The notes under the pieces were generated by a model. It was given only the letters and a program-made list of their open reading frames with translations, did not search any database and was not told the DNA's origin. From assembly GCA_040954595.2 (NCBI GenBank), contig CM082579.2:7367625-7431624 (forward strand): a stretch of 64,000 nt of DNA. Reading direction: 5' to 3'. The translations under genes and the position numbers were made by a program. The DNA is from Balanoglossus misakiensis. Lineage: Eukaryota > Animalia > Hemichordata. Below are positions 1 through 13,270 of the stretch, piece after piece (the stretch's first letter is position 1; each line of letters starts with the position of its first letter).

Positions 1-90
1 GTGACCAAATCCATTCACGATGGCTACTGTCTCGACAAATTCCCTCGCTTTGGCGAAGTGTTCTTCTACTGCAATTTCTTTATTTCCTAA
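1..90 (+). CDS. 3' end of the last exon of an upstream paralog of the secreted protein at 860-2696 (truncated by window edge)
   Basis: Frame 1 reads VTKSIHDGYCLDKFPRFGEVFFYCNFFIS*, 17/29 identical to the C-terminus of the 860-2696 product (VTTSISDAVCVEDIPRFGEEYFYCNFTIA*). The 3'UTRs also align, with AATAAA at 208-213 versus 2798-2803. Confidence 0.8.
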   Translation: MTKSIHDGYCLDKFPRFGEVFFYCNFFIS

Positions 91-593
91 TTTTGACGAA
101 AACACGGATGCACGAAACTATACACGATTCCTGTCAGCCAATCGTCTTCAAATGTGCCGATTTGAACAATCTGTACCATGTTTCACTGAAATGTACTAGA
201 AAACCACAATAAAGCAAAATAGGAATTTCTCTCTCGGCAAATATTTTGTGTGCAATGTTTTCTTTGTACTTGCCCATGATGTAACTACAGACATCAAATA
301 TTAAAATGTGACAATATTCACAGGCATGTATATATGAAATTCATCATAAACCATGTAGTTATATTCCGGGGTTTTATCTAGTAGGCAACTTATATTTCAA
401 ATTTTATTACTTATACTGGTTGATTTCTTTTTTTAGTGATGCAGTAATTAATTTCTCGCGAATAATCGAACACCAAAATTATTTCCTGAAATACACTCCC
501 ATTGTGTTTGCCGCGTTCATACAGGCCTACCAGTATGTACAAACCTGCTTTTTACAAAAACGCGTGAAATGACAAATTGCTCTCAAACATTAA

Positions 594-765
594 GGCCAGG
601 TCAACCAAAAGGCTTAGCCCACAATGGTACAACTGACCCGTCCACATACCGCTCTGGTAAATTTATAAAGAGCTGCATATGCGAGCCGTTCCCACAAATG
701 ATTAAATATGGTTCTATCACGACCTCACGAAAAGAGTTTGTATAAAAATAATTTTGTTGACCTGG
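594..765. mobile_element. Degenerate TTAA-flanked MITE (Kolobok-like termini)
   Basis: TTAA|GGCCAGGTCAACCAAA ... TTTGTTGACCTGG|TTAA: imperfect terminal inverted repeats flanked by TTAA; the right TIR lacks the terminal CC. Confidence 0.5.
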
Positions 766-815
766 TTAAAATATGTTTTACATTTTTAATAATAACGTTC
801 CGACGCACTTTGTTT

Positions 816-822
816 CATAAAA
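816..822 (+). promoter_or_regulatory. TATA-like box of the secreted-protein gene
   Basis: CATAAAA about 40 nt upstream of ATG 860, which is followed by a GTAAGT donor at 872. Confidence 0.4.
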
Positions 823-859
823 GCGAAGACAAAGCTTACAGTGTACAGTCGTTCCCGAA

Positions 860-2696
860 ATGAACAATATGGTAAGTGTATACATGTATTTTCAACAGAC
901 ATATAATACATATTTATCTTCACATCAAACAAGTTATGTTTGACTTTACGATAACCGTCATCCTCAAGGTGATACGTGTTGTCGTGTGTGGATGGGGATT
1001 ATTAGTGAAGGGCCACCTGGACTGCAGAAATGTCGATAGGACGTTTCTTGTTTCGCTTTCTGTCCAGCTTAAAACGTGAAATACCAATCTTTGAGTGTAA
1101 GAACTGATATTTAATACGAAACTGTCAAAGGGAGATGAATACGCGTAATAAACTGTTTCCAACATTGGTGAGATGAATGTAAAGTTGCCTGTCTTCTATC
1201 TAGACTCTTCCACGGTTGCTAGTCGCAGCAATAGCTGTGTTTCTGTCGACGCATGCCAGTGGCGCCCTGTTGAAAAGAGAAGTTGGCGTCAACGATGAAC
1301 AGTATTGTGATAAATGCAACATTGGCGTTAATGGTGATGATGACGGAGTGTTTTACCCAGACTGTGATACCCAAAGCCCGTGTCCCTCGGACCTGGTGGC
1401 CAAAGTGAACGATATTAAGGACGGGCTTGTAGAGGAAAGAAGTCGGAGCACGGCTACGGGAGTTGTGGATTTCAAGGGTGACACTCACCATGTAGCCGTT
1501 ATGATATCTGACCAGGTCCTCTCTGAGGACATCGATCTGGTAAGTCAACAGAACAGCTGTGCAAGTCATTGATTCTGCAAACACCGATGGTAACGCACTC
1601 TGGACTTCATATATACACAAGGAGATTTTAGGTATAGAAGACAGGTCTGTACCAGAATAGCACAAATGTCTCAACACATATTCATAATATAGGTGACGTT
1701 TTTTGTCTGAATCATGTACAATTTTTTTAGAACAAAGAAATGCTCAGTATGATCTAAATTCGTAAAACCAGTTTTAGCTAATCTTGTACCTCATTGTTTA
1801 TTCTATTGGAATATAGGGCCCCGGGGACGGAAATGAGTTGATTTCCGGTTGTCATCATTGCGATGTGATCGAGTATGCCAACGGAATTGGTCTTTGGCAT
1901 TGCAAGGTATGTACATTTTGGGGCAGTTCGTGCGTGGCTTCTTATGTTTTTTTTCCACATAGGCCTATAGCTGGCAATGTACATTGAATCACGCGGGGGT
2001 AATGAATGTGTGCTCTGTCACTATAGTTTGATGGTCGCAGATCATCACGTTTGTTGCTGCCACCTTCTCAAATGTTCACTACTGAACACGGAGTCGATGC
2101 TCTTAACGGACCCCTATTAAAGGTATACGGTGACCTCTAATTTACATACGCCCAAATATGTCAGAAATGACGTATTTGAGTGTTCTAAAGAACAAATGGT
2201 GGTGGCGCTCTTTTTTTCGCGTGTGCCATCTGTGATTGGCTAGATCTCAATTGCCATGGTAACTGTAGCTATATTTGCATAGGTGACCGTATACCTTTAA
2301 TGCTCTCATATAGATGATCGATCTAACAGAGCTGGATTTACCGGTTTGACACAGTGGGAAATATGTAAAATCTGATATCCTGCCGTATTTAGATGTTTAG
2401 ACATTATGTTCAATTACTCAACACTCTCCAATTATCATATTGGCATGGCCTCTATCTCTCTCTCTATTTATATTATGTGCCTGGAGAGCATTTCTCTAGG
2501 CTCTATGCTGGAGAGTGACTATTGTATTGTTTTTATGTTTTGTTTTTAGGAGTCAGCATGCCATGACGCATTCTCGGGTCCCTTTTCGTGGGTTCCATTC
2601 AAACCAGTTACCACTTCCATTTCTGATGCAGTTTGTGTCGAGGATATCCCTCGCTTTGGTGAAGAGTATTTCTACTGCAATTTCACTATTGCCTAA
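860..2696 (+). CDS. Orphan secreted acidic Cys-containing protein, 164 aa, 3 exons
   Basis: Exons 860-871, 1204-1539 and 2550-2696, all phase 0, with GTAAGT donors and pyrimidine-rich TAG acceptors. Product MNNMTLPRLLVAAIAVFLSTHASGALLKREVGVNDEQYCDKC...DIDL|ESACHDAFSGPFSWVPFKPVTTSISDAVCVEDIPRFGEEYFYCNFTIA*. Hydrophobic signal peptide, KR site, 7 Cys, AATAAA at 2798-2803, and a paralogous C-terminus at 1-90. Confidence 0.8.
2121..2296. mobile_element. TTAA-flanked MITE, Kolobok-like (AGG...CCT ends), in intron 2
   Basis: TTAA|AGGTATACGGTGACCT ... AGGTGACCGTATACCT|TTAA: 16-bp TIR with 1 mismatch and a TTAA target duplication. Confidence 0.75.
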
Positions 2697-3260
2697 TTTT
2701 GCCGATGAATATAAACATGATGTATGTCTCTCAATCGTCTTTAAAGATTCCGATTTAAACAAACTGTACCATTCTACACTGAAATGTACTAAATCTCAAT
2801 AAAAACAAAATATGATGTTTTCTTTTCGCGTCTATGTATTAAGATAGTTTTCCTTCATGCGGTTATTTTACATTCAATGTTCACTTATCCAAATATAATG
2901 CAGTGTTGTCGCTCAATAGTTGTTTAACTGTATAGCGCAAAACTCAGTTTTTTTCACAATGGTCTCAAGGATTTCAGTAAAAACTTTAAGACGGCACGCG
3001 ATGAAGGAAATAAGGTTGATTGATCAGGGGAAAAAAATACTGATCAGTCGTGACGCATGCGCAGTATATAGGTCAAGTGCATTAAAGGTTTCTTTTGAGT
3101 CTCCAGTTGTTATGTAAATATGGATCGATGTACCCAGGCAACAATGGCGACGCTATGATCAGCACACACAGCATGAGAACGCAGGTAACGCAAGAAACAT
3201 AACGGCAACACGAGTGGCATGTAGATTTGTGTAGCCTATACGACAAGTTCAATCATCGAA

Positions 3261-5003
3261 ATGGGCTGCGGTTCGAGCGTCCCGGCGAATGTTCAGGGCA
3301 GCAGGCCCGTTGGTCAAAAGGTAAGATTTAGTAGGGGTCCATACGCTGCACTCGTTGCCATTTGTGTCGACCGTACCAGTGAAATGAATGAAGAACGCCC
3401 GTATATAAAGTTGTACCACGAACGTACCAAGACTACGTCCATGATGGGTGTTTGAACTCACGGCATCGCGAAAATTTCGCTTTGACGCTATAGGCCTACT
3501 GCGTCCGTTTCCCAGGATAGACCTAAATTATTGCAAATTAACATTTAGACCCAGATCGTTTAGGCCTAATAACGCCGCCGCTGCTACAGCGCACGTGTAG
3601 GACATGTAGCCATATTATCACAAGATTTACTCCTGTCGCCATGGTGAAGAGAAGCCAACATCGAAATACAGGGAGTCCCCCCCCCAATGATACGCTGTTA
3701 TTGGTTGCGTGTCCCGGCCCGTTTTCAGTATATGTAGACCAGGCTGGACGACCGAAAATATTGCTTACGTCAGTGCTGTCTTTGGAAAGTGATGACCAGG
3801 TGTGTGCCCTGTACAGTGCTTTCAGCAGTAGAATATCTCGTTCATGTTCATTGTCCATGACCTAAATCGTTTACTTCAATGCGATAATTCAAAAATGATC
3901 GTCACTCAGCGCGCAGTGCATGCAGTGCAGTGATCCACCGTGTATATCTGTCACGCATTTACGCCTGCTTGCGGTGTATGTACATCTACATGTACCAATA
4001 TTTGAACAGTACCATTTCGGCTAGTCAGTGCGCATACGTCATCGCAATTGCAACACACAACGATGACATTTGTCCCGGAGTTTTGAATAAGTCAACATTT
4101 ATTCTGCCGATATCTCCACATAACTATTTTCCCATTTTCAATCAGGACAACGACCGATCAAAGGCTGGTTCCAGAATAAATAAAATATTGAAAGGGCACT
4201 TAGGCGTAGAATACCCATCCGACGCGAAGATTATAAGAATTTTTACAAGTTCTACATTTACAGGTGAGTTGCTGTTCCAAATGAAGTATCTAAGTTGTAA
4301 TTCGCGACGCAGGGACATATCATTGTCAAAAAAATGACAGTCCTCCAAACCCTCCAATTCTTTGCTATGATTGAATTGTGTGACAAGTCTTTTTGTAAAT
4401 TACCATGAGATGTTAGATGTATATATAGTGAAGATATTGAGCAAGTGTTATTATCATAGAGCTACAAATTATCCATAGCGAGATAGATATGCAACCGAGT
4501 TTGTCATGATGTCAGAACCACCTGTTGATTTCAACTTCAACAGAGGGCAACTTTCTCAGTGCATAAAAACCTGATAAACGATAGGGAAGCAGACAGTTAT
4601 CACAGCCACAAAACGCCGTGAAATTCTTTGCAATCACTTATCGATTTTCCCTGCGTGTTTTAATGCAGACACAAAACATGAACGTGACGCACTGATGGAG
4701 AGGGTGTACCCAAACCTGAAGAAATACTGTCAGAGTAAAGGGTACGAATTTCAAGTGGTTGACATGAGATGGGGAATCCGGGATGAGGCTGCTGATGATC
4801 ACATGGCCACCGAGATATGTCTACGCGAAATAGAGGCGTGTCAAAGATTATCGACGGGCCCAAATTTTGTGGTAATTACAATGTACTGCGTATTATGTTT
4901 TGTGGAGTTTTGAATACATAACAATGCATGAGAATATGGTCACAAACATATGACTGGCTGAAAGACAAAAAGGTTGTCACCGGTTGTTTGATCGATTGAT
5001 TGG

Positions 5004-5034
<31 letters not shown>

Positions 5035-8000
5035 ATTGAATATTGATTGATTGAATATTGATTGATTGATGAGTTTAACTGAAGTTGCTTATCTGATGCA
5101 AAATGTCTATTTTTCCGACGTCTCAATCACATTCTTTCCATTCACACAAACAACTCTATGTCCCCCTTTTCTCCTTATAGACTTTGTTGTCACACAAATA
5201 CGGCCAGAGACCTCTTCTACGCACCATCAACGTAGATGAATTCGAATACATTATGCAGGGTATAGGGAACAATGATACCAAGGATCTCGTCCTGGCGTAA
5301 GTATATAGCTGTTACCACTGCTACCAAGAAAGACTTTGTGAATTGTCCGTAGCAATCACAAGTATAGCCTTGGTAGGTTTGTATATGGCATTGCAGACAA
5401 ATAAATAATTCCGCGAAGCTCTGTAATTTTTGGCATCGCCAACTCCGGAAGAATTTTTGAAGAGTCATCTATGGGAATACTTAATTCAACAGATGGTACA
5501 GAAAAGACGAGAATCATGTCCCACCAGTTTACGTCCTCCAACCAATCAGCGCTACGTATCCAGACTTCAAGAGTGATGACGTCAGTCGTCGTAAAGTGGC
5601 CAGGACCGCATGGCAAGAGACGTACAGCAAGCTTCAGTCTGCGTTTACAGAGGCGGCCAAGGTCAAACTCAAAGACAAAAGTACAGTCGACAAGTTCATA
5701 CAGTCAGGTATGTCATGGACATGATATGATGAACACCATATTGTTTGAGAATATAGAATATATGTTCACAACCACATGATGCACAGCCTTCTTCATAACA
5801 ACATACCTACATCGAAACTTCGTAAATCTCTCTCTCTCTCCCCCCCCCCCCTCTCTCTCTCTTCCCCACCCCTCTCTCTATTCCTCTCCCACATAAGGTT
5901 CTAAGTTTAGTTGATTATATATTACGGGAAAAGTAAAGGGACCTGCTTTCCAACTTCAGTTACAGCAAGAGAAATAGACGTTGGACTCCTGAAGGTCAAA
6001 GAACCCAGGAAGTCTTGTCTGTGGTTTCACAGAGTTCTCAAGCCAGTCGACCAGGCGCCACCGGACTTCGTTGACATCAAACGAAATACTGAAGATGACG
6101 TGACGTACCTGTTAAAGGAACTAAAGGACTCAAGGATTCCCGCCGTTTTGCCGGCAGAAAACATCATATCATACACCGTCCATTGTTCTTCAAGTGGTGA
6201 GTCGTGACGTTATTTGATTTATTTTCACTTCTGCAACCGTAATTCTTATACAATTGGACAATTTGCAACGAAGAGAATCCGTGAGGGTCGATGTTTCGTC
6301 TAATACTACTGTATTACTCTGAATCGCCCAATCACGCGGTCTAGTATCCAGCCGCATCACCAGAATCGTGGACACAACAACAGAGTGACGTTTTGATTGC
6401 CTATTCCAGGTTTTGATCCGTCCAATGTTGAGGACCACAGGGAGTACCTGCGCTGCTTTTGCAGCGATTTTCAAGCGAAACTGGAGGAGAAGGTGGAAGA
6501 GGCGATCAGGGATCGGCAGAAGACAGAGGTCAGCGACGCGGTCTTCAAAGAGGTTCTGCAGCACGCCAGGTTTTGTGCCACCAAATGTGCAATGTTTCAC
6601 GGACAGGATAGCGCTTTGCAGGTAAATTGCTCGGTCGGTTTTATGGCCAGTGCCTTGATGTTGACTTGTAACAACAGTGAAAACCATAAAATTATTTCAC
6701 GTTTTCAACCACTAATCGTACACAACACTCACTTTGTCTTACTTTCAGAAAATAAAATCCTACATCAAAGGAAGCGCAAATTCACCCCTGGTCATTTACG
6801 GGCCTTCCGGATGCGGAAAGACGTCACTCGTTGCCATGGCAGCAAAACTGACGCGGGAATGGCTGGCGGCAGCTGATGTAGTGACGGTTCTCAGGTTCAT
6901 CGGGACGACCCCGGACAGCACGACGTTGCGAAGGACGCTCTACAGTGTTTCCAAACAAATCTCGCAGGTGTACGAAGATGGAAAGGCGGTTTCTGAAGTA
7001 AGGAAATGTGACAATTAAGAGGCAAAGTCGTTCACCTCTGACAGTAATTTGGCCGTTTAGTTTTTTCAATTGTTTCTATTACTCATATCATTTGTAATGC
7101 AGGAACTGAAAGATCTCACCGAGGAGTTCGACGAGAGACTGGGCCACGCAACGCGTGAACGCCCGCTGGTGGTGTACCTCGACTCGTTGGACCAGTTCGA
7201 CCCCGATGATGGCGCACACCAGCTGCACTGGTTGCCCATCAAACTACCGGAGAATGTCCGACTGGTGGTGTCCACGTTGGTCGACGACAAGTACGAGTGT
7301 TATCCAACCCTGCGGGTGAGTTGCACAACCATACGAGAAAACCCTGTCCCCATTAATTGTACAGTTGGAGACCCAATTGGCACCCACCGACAGAGAGAAA
7401 AATTGTTCCCTCTATAGTCATGATAGTGGTCCAACTTTACCAGACAAAACAATATACTTGGACCAAAGCAATGTAGTGAAAGAGTTTCAACGCAATCTTG
7501 CGATATCGGTCTGGTACGTCGACGAAACTTTCATCAAAATTCTCACCTGTTGAAGTCATACCATGGGTCGGACAAATATTTGCATATGAAAGCCCAATGT
7601 TCTCGACTTCGCCGTGACAAGATGTGATTTTGTCCGTTCCAGGCCAATTTGAAAAGTGAAGACTCCTTCCTTGAGGTTCCAAGGATGAAGGATGAAGACG
7701 TTGACGCCATTTTGAGAAAATGGCTGTCGATTAAAAACCGGAAGCTGACGTCAGAGCAAATGGAAGTCCTGGTTGGTGCTTTCCAAAAGTGTCCCCTGCC
7801 GCTCTTCCTGAAAATATCGTTTGACGGCGCTGTCCAGTGGACTTCATACACCAAGGCGTCAGAGACGATAGTCTATCAGGCCATCTATGGTGACACCGAG
7901 GTCAGAGGGGAAAGTTCACCCGTGAGAAAGGTCATCGCTGCTCTGTTTGAGACTGTTGAGAGAAACCATGGAGAGGTGTTAGTTAGTCACGCTTTGGCCT

Positions 8001-11000
8001 ACATAACAGCAGGTACAATGAAACGCTTTTTTCATTTTTTTTTAAATCGCTAATTAATCATCTTGGACATGCGCCTTAAACTACAGGGGCTCTTATGTAC
8101 AGCAAAACTCATATGCACGTGTTTTTCTTGGAACAGCTAAGAGTGGTTTGACAGAAAATGAACTGGAAGATATACTTTCGTGCGATGACGAGGTCTTAAA
8201 TGACGTTTTCCAATACTGGACACCGCCAATTCGACGCCTGCCTCCGTTACTATGGATACGTACGCGTACGGATCTGGCGCCCTACTTCGTTGAGAGGGGC
8301 GCTGACGGCTCCAGAGTGTTGTACTGGTACCACCGACAGTTCACCGAGGCTGCCAAGGACCGCTATTTGGCAGATGGAAAAACATCAACGTTGATACACA
8401 AATATTTAGCGGACTACTTCATGGGCGTATGGGCAAATGGTGAGAGAATCTTTCCTGTCGTTGGTGGTTGGTAGGACAGTGTTTGGGCTGACGGGGTGGG
8501 TGATCCCATAGGGGTGGGGGGCAGACTGGTTTGGTTATGCACCAATCAAATACAGCGGAAATGCTGTCCAAATGTGCGGTGTGACGTCTTTCGGCTCACG
8601 TGCTCAATCTTCTTTCTGACGCAGTCGCAGTTTCTCCTGTTGTAATGCAGGTACCAAGAAACCATACAAAACGAAGGAAGGAAAGGTTTATGAGAAAGAC
8701 CGCTTAGTGGCAGCGCAGCCGCTGGTTTTCGACGGCGGCAACTACAACTTGCGGAAGATGAATGAGCTGCCTTATCACTTGATTCGTAGCGATCAAGTTG
8801 ATATCCTAGAGAAGGAGGTCCTGTGCAACTTTGATTGGTTATTAACAAAACTGTTGGCAACCTCAGTCAGGTAAGAAATAGGTATGCAATTCTGTGTTAG
8901 GTATAAGGGTGCGTGTCAGTGGCCAACATCATTTTTCGGGTCTGTTTCTCTCAGACAACTGAGTTGATGAACTTTGAAGTTCAGTAAGATTATATTATTC
9001 ATAATTGACTCAAAACCGCGAATAAGATTATTATGTTAGTGACTCTTTACCTCGCTGGCAACCAGTTGATATTGTTTTGTAAGTTTTCATTGAGTGAGGG
9101 GAGATGGCACAAAACCAACATCAGCATCTCCTGATGATTTCCACACAGGCGAGTGCTTGACGACTTCAAAAGAGCCCGTACCGCTTACCCAGAAAACGAG
9201 AGGATAGGAACTGTTGCCGAGTTGTTACAGCTGTCCCATCACGCACTAGATCAGAACCCAGACCAACTGGCGTCCCAAATCGCTGCCAGAATATCGAAGG
9301 TGTGTAAATATTAAGTGAACAAAAAGTGACGCGTTTCCAAACAAAAAGGAGAAAAAGACCGACGAAACAGTGAGTGTGAAATTGCAATCTGTCTTTGATA
9401 ACAAATAATTGCGTTTAATTCGTTTGCACAGCATGCGGGTTTGGAAGACTTGCTTCAAAAGGCTATGACCCCGCCCAAACCAGGTCTGATACCCACGACA
9501 CAATTTCTCACGCGACCGGGCGGTATGCTGGTGCATTCCCTCGCCGGTCACACTCATCGCATTTACGGGCTTGACATCTCGGAGAGTGGAGAGTACGCCA
9601 TCACTGGTGAGTACCATCACTTCTCGCCCAGAGCCGCATCTTCTGGAGTACATCGTCCTCAGCTAAGAATATTATCGTAATTGGCACTGCATATCATTAC
9701 CTGCATGATTGCATACACTTATCTCGCCGCGTAACTTCTAAATCGCTGTTCTGTCTTGCACTAGGTTCCTTTGATTCCACTGTTAAGCTGTGGAATCTCG
9801 AAGACGGCATGATGGTGAAGAACATCGAGGACGTCGGCGACAGTATGCAGAGGATCAAATTCTGCAAGGGCGACGAAATGTTCGTCTTTTCCGTGCTGGT
9901 GGACGGCAGGAGCGTCATCAAGGTGTTCAACACGGACACGGCGACCCCGGTGAACTCTCTCGCCACGGCGTCAGATTATCCAACGGCTTTTGCGATCTCC
10001 GGGGGCGGCACGCGTCTCGTCGTGCCCGAGCGGGGAAGACTGCGGGTGCTAGACCTGGTGACCATGCAAACACTTCAAGAGGTCGAGGACGATTTCCTGC
10101 GGGAGAGCGGAGAGACGGCCGCGGTGGAAGCGTGCGGTAACGTCGTCGCTTACTACCTCACCAGCGACTTCGATCGCAGGCACGTGCGAGTGTGCGATTT
10201 GGACAACCCCGGCGCTTCCGTCACGGTCGAAGCCGAGTTCGAGAAAGACTTCGATGCCAGGTACAGCGCGACTGTCGGGGGTATTGCGCTGACCGTGAAG
10301 AAACACCTGATTGTCTGTAACCAAACCAAGTCCAACATTCTGATTTATGAAAACTATGGAGAGAAACTCATGAAGAAGATCGTCGACGCTGAGAGCGGAC
10401 ACGGGGCGCAGGGATCGGCGGCCAGCTTCACGGTGACGGCGGACGGGAGGTTTCTGCTGGTGACGCGCTTTGACGAAGTCGCCATCTGGGACCTGGAGAA
10501 AGACACCAAAGCTGTCATGCTGGAACACCCTTACTTCATCTACCGCATTGCAAGTCGGGATATGAAACGTGTCGTCAGCACGTCTCCCGACAAGCTGGTG
10601 CGCATCTGGGACGTAACCAGGGGCAACATGGACGCGCATGTCATCCACCAAGACCTGAAAAAGCTGGAAACCATTGAGCAGCAAGAGATCAAACAGCTGC
10701 TGTGTCTGCCGGGAAGTTCCAAGATCACCATGGCGATACACAAGGCTAAATCTCACAACTTCATCACCGTCTGGGACTTGGGTTTGCTGAAGCAGATCCA
10801 AAAAGTGAAAGTGGCTTCGCCGAAACCGATCACGTGGAAGATGGTGGATGAAAGCACTCTCGTTGCTACCGTCGGTAATCGACTTAAATTGGTCGATGTT
10901 AATCAGGGGAAAGTCAAACTCGTCTTCCAGGACACTGTACCGAACCACATGACAAGGGTGGCATTGATCAACGACAACCGCCACCTGGTGGCTCTGTCCG

Positions 11001-11347
11001 AAGACGGGTTTTCGATCAAGGTACACGACGTCAATACCGGGTTCGTGATTGCCGAACTGAGGCACGACGGAAAGGAGAAGATACTTGATTGGCGCGTCAG
11101 TGACAGTGGGGCAGGCGGCGTGCTGGTTTCCCAGCAGAGAAAACGCTACGGTGTGTTGCATGTGTGGAACACCGACAGCGCGGAGCTAAGGCATGTTTTG
11201 AAAGTTGACGAAAGACGTGGAAAGGTGAACTTGGATAACGCTACTGTTTCAGCTAAGGGCCGCTATGTGGGGTTTGTCACGTATGGGAAGGCAAAGAAAA
11301 GAGGGTTACTGGTCTACGACCTACAAGAAGGTGAGTCTAAAACTCCA

Positions 11348-11434
<87 letters not shown>

Positions 11435-12661
11435 GTGTAACACGTACAGACCAACATTTTCTATGTTTTTTAATCAGGTAAACAACTCTACCACCTGCGT
11501 AACAACGATAAGTCAGTGTTAGACCTTGTTGCTGTTGGAGACGATAAACTCATTGTGCAGTATGGTGATTGCAGTACACGTCTCCTCAACTTCGCTACAG
11601 GTTTGTCATCGAGTAACACAGCCCTTTATTTGTTTGGATTAATTGATTGATTTGGGAGGGAGGGATGGATGGATTGATGGACGGATGGATGGATAGATCG
11701 ACCGATCGTTTAAAAGTTCACTGTTTATATCATCCTCTCAGGTGGTCTACTGTCCGATCTCGATGGTCACTACGAGTTTGTCAGCCATTTCGAGGTTTCA
11801 CCGAATGCCACTAGAGCACTGGCATTTTCAGACCGTGAGAGAAAGCTTACATTGTGGAATGGTCAAGATGGCAGTCGACTGGGCAGTTTCACTCTGGAAA
11901 AGGTACCGGAATTTTGATAACGCGTCTACTTTAGTGTTTAAGCAACGGCATAGAGCGTTTTTTGCAAGTAAGTAGGTAGGTAGGTCGGTAGATGTGTGAG
12001 TCGGTGGATAGGTTTGATTAGGTAGGTTGGTAAGCGGGTGGGTGGGTACTGGTAAGTAGGTAAGGACGGTCGGACTGATGGACAAATTGACTACTGCGTG
12101 TTTTCTATCTTATGTTTCTCCCGCAAATGCGATTTTGTTTCAAGCCATGGTGTGAAATACCTTGCTTTACATTTATTCCCAGAAATCCAAAGTTCAACTG
12201 ATGTGCAATGGCGAGGTCATCGTTGTGATGAACGCCGGCGGTCAAGTGCAGCCGGCCATCCTTCGAATACAGGGCGAGGGATACACGCCGTACCCAATTG
12301 AGACACCAGGCAATGCAAATGGTAAGCGCACAAGCCAATAGCATTCTTGTCTACAGAATGGATTTACCATAAACCAATTTTCATGTGCTTATTGTAATAC
12401 AAGGTGTATATGATATTTCTACGCCAATGGCATTCCGTCGTTGCGCATACAATTCTCGATGCCCGAATATTTTACAATAAGAGCTCTGCTATTGGTTCCT
12501 TGCTAAAATCCCAAGTGACATTTTTTGTGTGGTAAATGTCTACATTTTCTTTTCTTTTTTTTCTCTTGACAGAAGATGAAGAACTCGACTTACAGATGAC
12601 AGTCAACGAGAAAATCGTCACACTGAACATATGGGACGAAGACGACTCCCATCAAAGTTGA
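3261..12661 (+). CDS. NACHT and WD40 repeat protein (NWD1/NWD2-like; DUF4062-NACHT-WD40), 1639 aa, 19 exons
   Basis: Exons 3261-3320, 4146-4263, 4669-4871, 5181-5296, 5493-5707, 5960-6196, 6410-6621, 6749-6997, 7103-7315, 7643-8012, 8137-8439, 8651-8870, 9149-9299, 9432-9606, 9765-11330, 11478-11600, 11742-11902, 12183-12321, 12573-12661; total 4920 nt with compatible phases. Motifs: IRIFTSSTFTD..ERDALM..VDMRWG (DUF4062), Walker A GPSGCGKT, Walker B VVYLDSLD, NWD-type WTPPIRRLPPLLW and YNLRKMNELPYHL, and GH/WD-WN repeats. Confidence 0.93.
4995..5070. repeat. (GATT)n microsatellite, imperfect
   Basis: Visible GATT/GGTT tandem run in NWD intron 3. Confidence 0.85.
11351..11434. repeat. (ATG)28 microsatellite, intronic
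   Basis: Perfect run starting 20 nt after the exon-15 donor GTGAGT at 11331; it produces the spurious poly-Met in the ORF track. Confidence 0.95.
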
Positions 12662-13270
12662 CTTTAAATATATTCGCGTCAGTGGGCGCATTTTTAGTTC
12701 CAAGATTAGATATTGAGAATTGTCCCATCGAAAGGTGGAGTGCTTGTGACGAATTGTCAGCCGGCAGCCAACATTTAGTTTTAGCCCAAGAACTGATCAC
12801 AAATTGGTTACTGACATTATCGGTTTGTCAAAGATGCGTCCCAGGCTGTAACATAACGTGTCCCAGTGCATGTGTACGAGTGCAATATGTAACAGCGCCC
12901 TCAATGTTTGTATAGTATAATGTCTTCCGTTTTATATTGATCGCTTGGTACTTTGCATGACAAAAGCCTTACATTCCAATATTCACAGTGTGGGTCATTA
13001 TAATATTATTCAGCCAGGTGGTCACTGGTATATAAATGCATGCTTTCAAAATTGAAGTGGATCACTTCATGATACCGCGTTGTCTTGAGAGGAGCATGCC
13101 GCTCTGAACTATCATCGCTGTTGTTCCACGACTGGCCGGGGACTCCGGACTTTGGGGACTGACTGACTGATTGGCCATGCATGCCCAAGATTTTCCACGT
13201 TGTCTGATGTGACAAAGGACGGACTGTGGACAACGGATTCTGTATCTGCTCTGCGATGCCAGTTTCTTCG

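Noticed and set aside
10049-11161. 370-aa antisense ORF (also 39984-40388, 50847-51173 and 53314-53745)
   Set aside because: These are shadow frames of real + strand exons with no independent motifs.
11331-11440. Poly-methionine C-terminus of the 543-aa ORF
   Set aside because: It lies after the GTGAGT donor at 11331; the protein continues in frame at 11478, so this is an intronic microsatellite.
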